Shown here piece after piece: positions 9,377-16,321 of a stretch of 32,000 nt of DNA. The first letter of the stretch is position 1; each line of letters starts with the position of its first letter. The DNA is from an uncultured Candidatus Peribacteria bacterium (GTDB lineage Bacteria > Patescibacteriota > Gracilibacteria > GCA-2401425): NCBI GenBank assembly GCA_964466055.1, contig CAYXLW010000005.1, positions 49,508 to 81,507 on the forward strand. The letters are read 5' to 3'. The notes below the pieces were generated by a model. That model was not told the DNA's origin. It searched no databases and saw nothing but the letters and a program-made list of their open reading frames with translations. A program made the translations under genes and the position numbers.

Positions 9377-10309
9377 TTAATTTTTACTAAATATTTGATT
9401 ACTAAAGTTTTTCCTAAATTCTTCAAGAGAGAAAATGTTTTGTTTATAGAGTCCATATCCCATGAAACTTGCTACTGCAAATCTTAGATTTGCATGTTTC
9501 ATTGGCTCTAATTTGGATAATATCTGATTAAGTTTAGAACTATCTGGGTCATGGTTTGCTAGTATAAATACAAAATCTGGTTTTTCTTCAGATATTTCTG
9601 TTATATGGTTTGGGTTTTTATCCAATGATTTTATTAATCCTAAATCCCTTTTCTGCTTAAATGATTCAATCATTTCTTCCTTAATATTTTGAAGTCTGGA
9701 ATCATCTGATAAAAAAGATTCCATATCTCTAATATGTTTATCTATACTGGCACTTCCTTTAAGTGCACCATCTCCATATTTCTTTTCTATAAAGATTAGT
9801 TTAGGTTTATATCCTTTAAAAAACCTCCTAGAACATCCGTCTGATTCCCACTCAAAAGCTATGGCGTCAAATCTTGCTCCTATATCTGTATATTCAATAT
9901 CACAGATAAAGTAGTCTGTTGCTTGGTTAAGATTATTCTCTCTAACCAATAACTGCTGAAACTCTCTCTCATCTTTAGGGTGTTTGGTAAACCATAAATC
10001 CATTTCATGTTTTAACTGTGGAATTAGGTTTATCCATTTTTGTACTATTTCTTCGTTTGTTATTGTTTTCGATAATCCTTCTACTAGTTCTTTATTATGC
10101 ACTAAATAATTTTTATCAAAGTAGATTTCATACCTGTTTTCATTCAGTTCTTTTATCTTTATCAGATTTCCTCCTCGATAATAAATGTTTACTGCATTTT
10201 CTCTAATTTCTAAATCTAAGGTTAAGCATTCTTTACATTGTCTTAAGAATGGGTTTAACATTCCTTCCTGTAGGTTAAGCATGAACTGCTGTGATAGTTT
10301 TCTAGTCAT
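9377..10309 (-). CDS. hypothetical protein with a possible PD-(D/E)XK nuclease-like core
   Basis: 310-aa ORF, 3 nt upstream of the beta-CASP gene. The central segment FICDIEY...RFDAIAFEW...LIFIEKKYG could supply a D...ExK arrangement. This is only a motif-level guess. Confidence 0.55.
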   Translation of the reverse strand: MTRKLSQQFMLNLQEGMLNPFLRQCKECLTLDLEIRENAVNIYYRGGNLIKIKELNENRYEIYFDKNYLVHNKELVEGLSKTITNEEIVQKWINLIPQLKHEMDLWFTKHPKDEREFQQLLVRENNLNQATDYFICDIEYTDIGARFDAIAFEWESDGCSRRFFKGYKPKLIFIEKKYGDGALKGSASIDKHIRDMESFLSDDSRLQNIKEEMIESFKQKRDLGLIKSLDKNPNHITEISEEKPDFVFILANHDPDSSKLNQILSKLEPMKHANLRFAVASFMGYGLYKQNIFSLEEFRKNFSNQIFSKN

Positions 10310-10329
10310 AATTGGGCATATTAAAAAGT

Positions 10330-10461
10330 GGGTAAACCGTTCTGGCGACCCTCATCTTCGTCCACATTGTGGATTCCAATTTGGCAGAAGCGATTTACCC
10401 GCTTTTCCATTGGAATCCCAATATAAAAATTTGATGTGGTTATGCCGAAGATGAAAGTCGC
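10330..10461 (-). ncRNA. structured 5' leader / candidate cis-regulatory RNA or riboswitch of the 10309->7797 operon
   Basis: GC-enriched patch in an AT-rich spacer. Pairings in plus-strand coordinates: 10345-10360 with 10446-10461 (16 bp, continuous only on the minus-strand RNA because 10350/10456 and 10351/10455 become G-U). Also 10362-10367 with 10434-10439, and 10371-10380 with 10409-10418 (10 bp perfect). Also 10388-10392 with 10400-10404, whose loop GGGUAAA pairs with UUUACCC at 10330-10336, 20 nt before the ATG. Confidence 0.5.
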
Positions 10462-10467
10462 AACAGC

Positions 10468-10496
10468 ACTTTACTAGCTTAATTTTCACTAATCAA
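10468..10496 (-). promoter_or_regulatory. putative sigma70-type promoter TTGATT-N17-TAAAGT
   Basis: On the minus strand the -35 is at 10496-10491 and the -10 at 10473-10468. The predicted start falls about 7 nt downstream, at the first base of the outer helix (about 10461). Confidence 0.35.
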
Positions 10497-10603
10497 GCCG
10501 TAGAGAAAAATTCTTTTAAAAAACATGCTTTTGTTGCATGTCATATATAGTCGCATTATAACTGGATATATACGGATTTTATATTAAAAAATAGGCACAA
10601 CTT

Positions 10604-10633
10604 TAAAAAAAGTTGCAGGTTTTTAGTGCAACT
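10604..10633 (-). terminator. intrinsic terminator-like hairpin with no obvious upstream gene
   Basis: On the minus strand: AGTTGCA-loop(9)-TGCAACT followed by TTTTTTT. Confidence 0.4.
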
Positions 10634-10896
10634 AATCTATAATTTTACATATTTTGTAAAAAACAAAACTCCTTTAACCCCATAAAAGTCAGATGACGAA
10701 TAATGGCTTTAAATAAGGATATTGCCAACATTATGAAGCTTGTTTTAGCCTTATACTAAGCAACATTAATACTTGCAAGTCTATGAACCCTTTTTATGGT
10801 GTCTCATTTGTCTCATTTTTTATCGAAAGGGTGTTAGACTGAAATGCTCTACCAAGTAAAATAAAAAGATATATCGAAGATCGATATTTTTATTTA

Positions 10897-10925
10897 TTGA
10901 ATTCCTACAAGAAACTAATTACGAT
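10897..10925 (+). promoter_or_regulatory. putative promoter TTGAAT-N17-TACGAT for the Cys-rich gene
   Basis: Hexamers read directly. A perfect palindrome ATATCGA-AGA-TCGATAT (10871-10887) sits just upstream. Confidence 0.3.
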
Positions 10926-10958
10926 TCTAACAGCTAAAGTCCATCATAAGGCAATAAC

Positions 10959-12647
10959 ATGCAAGCAAAATGTACATTATCTGGGGAAATATTTGATGTT
11001 TCTGATCATGAAATTGAACTTCGAAAAAAAATCAATTTTGGAAATACATTGCCGAGCATGTTACCAAAATATCGCTTTCAATACCTTGGAGCTTTTTGGC
11101 CACAGTGGAATCTTCATAAAAGAAATTGTGATAAAACTGGTAAGCCAATTATCTCAATCTTTCGTCCAGATTGCCGATACCCTGTATGGCACAGAGATGA
11201 ATGGATAAAATATAATTCACCTCCATCACAAGATTTTGATTTTTCACGTTCCTTTTTTGAACAAGTAGCGGAGCTTTTCCCAAAATGTCCAATTCCACAT
11301 ATTTTCCAAAGTAATAACCAAAACTGTGAATACACAGATGATTGGTACCATAGTAAAAATTGTTATTTATGTCATTCAGGTCAAAATAATGAAGATTGTA
11401 GATATTGCTATGGATGCGATAGTATAAAGAACGTTCATGGTGGAGTTTTCTCATTCAAATCTGAATTTTGTTACGACATTATTAATTGTAGTAGTTGTTA
11501 CAAAAGTCGTTTTCTTCTAAATTGTAAAAATGTTACAGATTCTGCTTTTTTATATGATTGTAGAGACTGTAGTGATTGTCTTTTTTGCTTCAATCTTCGT
11601 CATAAAAAATACTGTTTTGGAAACCAACAACTAAGTAAAGAAGAATTTGAAGAAAAGAAAAAAGAGTGGAGTTTTTCATCGTATAAAAATTATGAAAAAG
11701 CAAAATTGTACTTTGCTAGAATGATGGTCAAAAAAGCTTGGCATAGAGCTATCCAAATAGATCTGTGTGAAAATTCTTCAGGGAATTTTATCCACCATTG
11801 TAAGGATTGTGAGAACTGTTATATGCTTTCTTATCACGAAGCTTGTGCTAACACAACTTTTTGTGGACCAAATGCTAAATTTATTTTAGATTCAATTGGA
11901 ACGGTTGGTAGCGAACTTTCTTTTATGTGTTCACTTCCTGTTTATTGTTACAATACAATCTTCTGTTTTAGTGTTGATAATTGCAAGTTTGTTGAATACA
12001 GTGCATATCTTCAAAACTGTGAATATTGTTTTGGATGTTGTGGGCTGTTTAGGAAAAAATATTGTATTTTTAATAAACAGTATTCAAAGGAGGAGTATGA
12101 GAAACTAGTTCCAAGAATTCGTGAACACATGGGAAAATTCCCCTCTACCTTTGGGAGAGGGATTAGGGGTGAGGATGAATGGGGACAATTTTTCCCTCAA
12201 AGTATGGCACCTAATCCTTATAATGAAAGTTTTTCAGGATATCACTTTCCTCTTAATTCAGAATCAAGCCAAGAATTTTGGCAAGCTGGTCCATTGGAAA
12301 GAATTAATATGAAAACTGCTGAAATAAATGAGCTTCCAGATTCTCTGGAATCACTTACAGATGAAAAAGAAGAATGGCTTATTACCCAAGTTTTTTGGGA
12401 TGACAAATATCAGCGTCCTTTTCAAATTCAAAAGGATGAGATTAAGTTTATAAAAATAATGAATGCACCTCTTCCTCATTGTTATTACATCAATCGTATT
12501 CAAAGTAATTTTAAATGGATGCCTTTTAATGGAGAGCTTAGGGAGTCTAAATGTGCTAAGTCTGGGAAGATGATCCATACGAATTGGGCAAAAGAGTATG
12601 ATGAAAGAATTTTGAGCGAGGAGGAGTACTTGAAATTAGTGAAATAA
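10959..12647 (+). CDS. modular cysteine-rich repeat protein of unknown function
   Basis: 562-aa ORF with dense CxxCxxC motifs (CRYCYGC, CSSCYKS, CRDCSDCLFC, CKDCENC, CEYCFGCC). It has two internally duplicated Cys-rich blocks, each ending in KKYC(F/I)xNxQxSKEE(F/Y)E. These are flanked by related N- and C-terminal modules. Confidence 0.8.
   Translation: MQAKCTLSGEIFDVSDHEIELRKKINFGNTLPSMLPKYRFQYLGAFWPQWNLHKRNCDKTGKPIISIFRPDCRYPVWHRDEWIKYNSPPSQDFDFSRSFFEQVAELFPKCPIPHIFQSNNQNCEYTDDWYHSKNCYLCHSGQNNEDCRYCYGCDSIKNVHGGVFSFKSEFCYDIINCSSCYKSRFLLNCKNVTDSAFLYDCRDCSDCLFCFNLRHKKYCFGNQQLSKEEFEEKKKEWSFSSYKNYEKAKLYFARMMVKKAWHRAIQIDLCENSSGNFIHHCKDCENCYMLSYHEACANTTFCGPNAKFILDSIGTVGSELSFMCSLPVYCYNTIFCFSVDNCKFVEYSAYLQNCEYCFGCCGLFRKKYCIFNKQYSKEEYEKLVPRIREHMGKFPSTFGRGIRGEDEWGQFFPQSMAPNPYNESFSGYHFPLNSESSQEFWQAGPLERINMKTAEINELPDSLESLTDEKEEWLITQVFWDDKYQRPFQIQKDEIKFIKIMNAPLPHCYYINRIQSNFKWMPFNGELRESKCAKSGKMIHTNWAKEYDERILSEEEYLKLVK
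12140..12174. repeat. GC-rich palindromic mini-element (copy A), embedded in-frame in the Cys-rich CDS
   Basis: CCCCTCT-ACC-TTTGGG-AGAGGG-ATTAGGGGTGAGG. The off-frame translation is SPLPLGEGLGVR; the gene's own frame reads FPSTFGRGIRGEDE. A related inverted copy lies at 30496-30527. Confidence 0.55.
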
Positions 12648-12657
12648 GCTTAAAATG

Positions 12658-12954
12658 TTATTTTTTCATTCGCTTCTCCATTTCATTTAAAATCTCAATC
12701 CACTCAATATTTTTTTCAGCTAGCAGGATCAGTAAGTGGTAAATTAAATCTACACTTTCTTCTACTAATCTCTGTTTATTTTCATGTTTTGCAGCTTTTA
12801 AAAGCTCTTGTGATTCTTCATCAATTTTAGAACAAATTGTTGCCACACCTTCATTGAAAAGAAATGTGGCATAAGAATTATTTGGTAATTTTTTCTTACG
12901 AGTGGCAATTAAACTAATTAATTTATATAAAACATCTCTCTTAGAATTATTCAT
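12658..12954 (-). CDS. hisE: phosphoribosyl-ATP pyrophosphohydrolase (MazG-like)
   Basis: 98-aa ORF. IDEESQELLKAAK...LVEESVDLIYHLLILLAEKNI matches the HisE helical pattern. Confidence 0.8.
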   Translation of the reverse strand: MNNSKRDVLYKLISLIATRKKKLPNNSYATFLFNEGVATICSKIDEESQELLKAAKHENKQRLVEESVDLIYHLLILLAEKNIEWIEILNEMEKRMKK

Positions 12955-13012
12955 ATTTTAAATAGTTATAAAGGTTTAAAAACTAATCATATTAAGGGAA
13001 TAGCAAATTTGT

Positions 13013-13699
13013 TTAATACATAATGCTTCTTACTCCTTTTCGTTTTTTATTTTCTTTTGCATAGAAAACTTTCCCTTTTTTGACAATAGATTTTAATCGT
13101 TTTATTCCTTCACAGATGGCAATTTTCACAGCTTCTTTAGGAGAATCAGCAATAAAAAAAGGAATTCTTTTACGTTCATCTAGGTATTTACCATCGAATA
13201 ATAGAGGTATTATTTTATCCACCCACCCACCAAATCCTCTCAGTAATATGACTGGTACCTGATTTCTATATGCAACAGTCATTTCATTAAGAGTTCCTGC
13301 TCCACCACTAACTGCAATCATGATATCTGAAGATAAGGGCAAGAGATATTCAGGTCCTCCTTCCATCATTCCAGTAGTAATGCCTACTGTATAAATATCA
13401 CCTACGCCAATATCATTAAGCGTATTAAAAAATCCTATAGTTATACTCTTTTTTTTAATACCTGCTTTCGCAACAGTGCTCATAATGCCTCCACCTCCGC
13501 CAGTAACAATTGTAGCACCTTGGTCTCCCAGTAGTTCTCCGATTGTTTTGACAGCTTTAATTAGTCCTTTGGGGCTACGCCATCCTTTTAAGTATTCTTC
13601 AGTCCCAGCACTTCCTATAATGCCAACCTGCAAAATTAATTTTCCAACACCAACACCAACACTTTCTTTGTGTTTATTAGAAATAGATTTTTTAAACAT
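13013..13699 (-). CDS. LOG / TIGR00725-family (lysine-decarboxylase-like Rossmann) protein
   Basis: 228-aa ORF with GIIGSAG, TGGGGGIM and the LOG signature SGGAGTLNE. Confidence 0.75.
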   Translation of the reverse strand: MFKKSISNKHKESVGVGVGKLILQVGIIGSAGTEEYLKGWRSPKGLIKAVKTIGELLGDQGATIVTGGGGGIMSTVAKAGIKKKSITIGFFNTLNDIGVGDIYTVGITTGMMEGGPEYLLPLSSDIMIAVSGGAGTLNEMTVAYRNQVPVILLRGFGGWVDKIIPLLFDGKYLDERKRIPFFIADSPKEAVKIAICEGIKRLKSIVKKGKVFYAKENKKRKGVRSIMY

Positions 13700-13712
13700 A
13701 ATACAAGTTGAA

Positions 13713-14780
13713 TTATAGTAATTTTATAATGCCTTTTGGATTTTTAGGTAATTTTTTATGAACCCTTTTAAGTTCATTTTCTATCTCTTCCATTTTTTTT
13801 CGTTTCCATCCATAAGCTAACGAATGATTATGTGCATAAATGTGTACACTAGATTCTTTGATTTTATATAAAGGAACCAATCCATTAGATTTTAGTGATT
13901 TTCCTGTTTCGGCTAAATCTACAATAGCATCTGCCAGAAAAGGAGCATGAGATTCGGTTGATCCATGAGAAGTAATCACTTGAATAGGTATGTTTTTTTC
14001 AACAAAAAATTTCTTTGTAATATTAGGTAATTCAGTAGATATTTTTTTATTTTTAAAGTCTTTCAGGTTTTTATATTCAGAAATATGATTTTTTGGAACA
14101 GCTAAAACCCACAAAACTTTACCTCGTCCTCTCTCATTATAATCTAGATCTCCCATGTCAGTAACATTAGAGCCATATTCTTCTATAAGATCACTGCCAA
14201 CCAGTCCCATATCAACCTGCCCATCCTCAATAAGCCTTGGGATCTCTTTAGCTCTAACAACTAGTAGTTTTATTTTATCTTCATTTCTTATTGAGGGCTT
14301 TAAACATTGTTTTCCTCTAAGCTCTAGTTGATATTTTGTAAGATTAAATAGCATAATTGTAGAGGAGTATAAAGATCCAGATGGGATAGCCAAAGTTACT
14401 ATGTCCGAATATTTCTCATAAACTTTTTCTGGATCGAATACTTTTTCACCAGTAGTTACCCATTTATTACCATTTTTAGCTTTATAAAAACAACTTCTAT
14501 AGCCATCTTCAACAGCACCACCGATTTGATTAACTTTAATAAGCAAAGAATCCTCATCATTATCAGTATAAATTTCTTTTACAATCTGAAAATTTCCAGA
14601 TTCTTCGCCTTTCATCCAAAGTCGTTTTTTCTTACGGCTGTAGTAATGTACCTTGCCAGTTTTTTTAGTCCATTTCCATGCCGTCTTATCCATAAAACCA
14701 ACCATTAATACCTCTTGGTTTTTATAATCTTGGATTACTACTGGCAATAAACCATTCATTTTTTGAAAATTGAGACTCAT
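13713..14780 (-). CDS. fusion of a phosphoribosyl-AMP cyclohydrolase (HisI)-like domain and short-form ATP phosphoribosyltransferase (HisG)
   Basis: 355-aa ORF. Residues about 8-105 match HisI (LLPVVIQD...VLMVGFM...SRKKKRLWMKGEESGNFQ...GYRSCFY). Residues about 125-355 match HisG, including the signature ADAIVDLAETGKSLKSNGL. Confidence 0.8.
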   Translation of the reverse strand: MSLNFQKMNGLLPVVIQDYKNQEVLMVGFMDKTAWKWTKKTGKVHYYSRKKKRLWMKGEESGNFQIVKEIYTDNDEDSLLIKVNQIGGAVEDGYRSCFYKAKNGNKWVTTGEKVFDPEKVYEKYSDIVTLAIPSGSLYSSTIMLFNLTKYQLELRGKQCLKPSIRNEDKIKLLVVRAKEIPRLIEDGQVDMGLVGSDLIEEYGSNVTDMGDLDYNERGRGKVLWVLAVPKNHISEYKNLKDFKNKKISTELPNITKKFFVEKNIPIQVITSHGSTESHAPFLADAIVDLAETGKSLKSNGLVPLYKIKESSVHIYAHNHSLAYGWKRKKMEEIENELKRVHKKLPKNPKGIIKLL

Positions 14781-15113
14781 AGCTATTTTACATTAAAACG
14801 TTCGAAGAAGTTTTAACGAGTCTTACAAATCTCGAAAAAATAATATCAAAGCCAAAATAAATTAACAAGATTTATTTGTCTATCATAAATTCAAGCATTA
14901 ATTGTACCATCGGAGATACTCAGAAATAACCTTAGGGATTTTGTAGTTTAATCCTTTTCGTGGTGTCTATTATTCAATTTATCCTCAAATTCCTTAATTT
15001 ACTAGATACTAGATTTCTTCATTAAAATGAAAGTTAGATTTTTGCTTATTATTTTTTATGTAATTAAATCTTTTATTAGATTCCAGGCAAACTGGAATGA
15101 CCGTACTTTGTTT

Positions 15114-15797
15114 TCACAATAGCCCTTTCAAAGAAAAACTATAAAAGCCATCTTCTCCAATAATAATATGATCATCAAAAAATAAACCAAACTTGCAAGC
15201 CTCTTCCTTAATCTGAACAGTAAAATTAACATCATCCTCAGAAGGCTCTTTAATACCATGCGGATGATTATGAGCAAGATAAAAATTCTTAGCATTCAAC
15301 CGAATAGGATTATAAAGAATAGAAGCAATAGTAACAGAAAGCACATTAGATTCACCTTGAGCTACAAGTCCGCTATAAAGAACACGTCGCTGACTATCTA
15401 AACAAATAATACGCAATTGCTCAAAAGTTGTTCTTTTCTTAAAATCATCCTTAATATATTCATAAAACTGCTCTGAAGATTTTATTTTGGTATTATCTCT
15501 TTTGTTAATACGTCTAAAATATTCCCCAATAGCAAGAATGGTGCAAGATTTAACAAGAGGAAGTCCAGTATTATCTTGAATTTCTTCAAGTGTAGTAAAC
15601 TGAAATAATCCTCTTGTTCCAAATTCAGAAATCAACATTTTAGATAAATCTCCAACATTCATATTTTTGTATCCAGTGCCAAAAATAACAGATAAAAGCT
15701 CAGAATCATTTAGACTTTCAGCTCCATATGATTCAATCTTTTCACGCGGTTTCTGTTTCTCTGGATGCTCAGAAAAAGATATAAGCTTAATTGCCAT
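15114..15797 (-). CDS. radC: RadC-family JAB/MPN domain protein
   Basis: 227-aa ORF with an N-terminal helix-hairpin-helix-like ELLSVIFGTG and the JAMM motif HNHPHG...PSEDD. Confidence 0.85.
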   Translation of the reverse strand: MAIKLISFSEHPEKQKPREKIESYGAESLNDSELLSVIFGTGYKNMNVGDLSKMLISEFGTRGLFQFTTLEEIQDNTGLPLVKSCTILAIGEYFRRINKRDNTKIKSSEQFYEYIKDDFKKRTTFEQLRIICLDSQRRVLYSGLVAQGESNVLSVTIASILYNPIRLNAKNFYLAHNHPHGIKEPSEDDVNFTVQIKEEACKFGLFFDDHIIIGEDGFYSFSLKGLL

Positions 15798-15831
15798 TTA
15801 ATTAATCAAAATTAAAAACTAGCAATTAAAA

Positions 15832-16245
15832 TTATTCCTTATTGTTTGTCATATTTTTGTAAAAAGAAATATCTTGTTTAAACTTTTTTATAATTTCTTC
15901 AGATGCACCTTTTTTTCTAAGTGCATCTTCCAACTCCTCAGCTATTTCATCAATAGTCTTTTCAGAATCTTTAGATCCATTATAAGGCTCAGCATTTTGA
16001 GAAATTTTTAAATTATACTTTTCAGCTAATTCTTTACTTCGCCAAACGGCAATCTTATTTTTTGCTTCTTTGGTACTCATGCCATATCCATGAGTTAATA
16101 TTTTTAAAAAAGTTTCATCTTTAGCCTTAATTTTACCGTTTTCATATGATGATAAATTTCCAGTCCCATATCCTACCTTAATAGAAAGAGCTTTAAGCGT
16201 GAGCTTATGTTTTATGCGCAACTTTTTTAATTCACCATAAACCAT
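15832..16245 (-). CDS. XRE-family helix-turn-helix transcriptional regulator
   Basis: 137-aa ORF. LKKLRIKHKLTLKALSIKVGYGTGNLSSYENGK is a typical HTH_3 segment. Confidence 0.8.
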   Translation of the reverse strand: MVYGELKKLRIKHKLTLKALSIKVGYGTGNLSSYENGKIKAKDETFLKILTHGYGMSTKEAKNKIAVWRSKELAEKYNLKISQNAEPYNGSKDSEKTIDEIAEELEDALRKKGASEEIIKKFKQDISFYKNMTNNKE

Positions 16246-16321
16246 AGTGTAGAAAGATTACTAATCTCATTTAATCAAGCTTATTTAAAAAGTGCTGAAA
16301 AATAAATTGATTTATATCTAC

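Noticed and set aside
10185-10454. The 89-aa plus-strand ORF spanning the operon start and the structured region.
   Set aside because: It is antisense to a good CDS for half its length. The remainder is explained by the GC-rich RNA structure, and there is no start context.
10450-10470. GAUGAAAGUCGCAACAG on the plus strand resembles the RNase P CR-I element GAGGAAAGUCC and the nearby GCAACAG.
   Set aside because: The two elements are far too close together. None of the other conserved RNase P regions (GGUAAGAGCGCACC-like, ACAGAANCCGGCUUA) is present downstream.
10444-10482. A tmRNA-like tag reading frame on the plus strand: GCC GAA GAT GAA AGT CGC AAC AGC ACT TTA CTA GCT TAA, giving AEDESRNSTLLA*. 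It is preceded by a pseudoknot-like structure.
   Set aside because: No tRNA-like 5' acceptor / 3' T-arm-CCA pair could be found in the surrounding 600 bp. The putative tag lies inside a long helix. The two compensating G-U pairs and the promoter favour the minus strand. An Infernal tmRNA scan is still worth running.
10822-10856. The minus-strand TTGGTAGAGCATTTCAGTCTAACACCC looks like a tRNA D-loop plus the start of an anticodon arm. It could be a tRNA remnant or an att site.
   Set aside because: No acceptor stem, no pairing anticodon stem and no T-arm can be drawn. Only 11 contiguous bases match the generic tRNA D-arm consensus.
100-14708. Other short overlapping ORFs in the track: 100-282, 3078-3437, 3462-3665, 4166-4438, 5941-6141, 8688-8966, 10018-10206, 10897-11208, 11114-11454, 11896-12312, 12351-12578, 13080-13262, 13476-13718 and 14526-14708.
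   Set aside because: Each lies inside, and out of frame with or antisense to, a longer ORF that has recognisable motifs.
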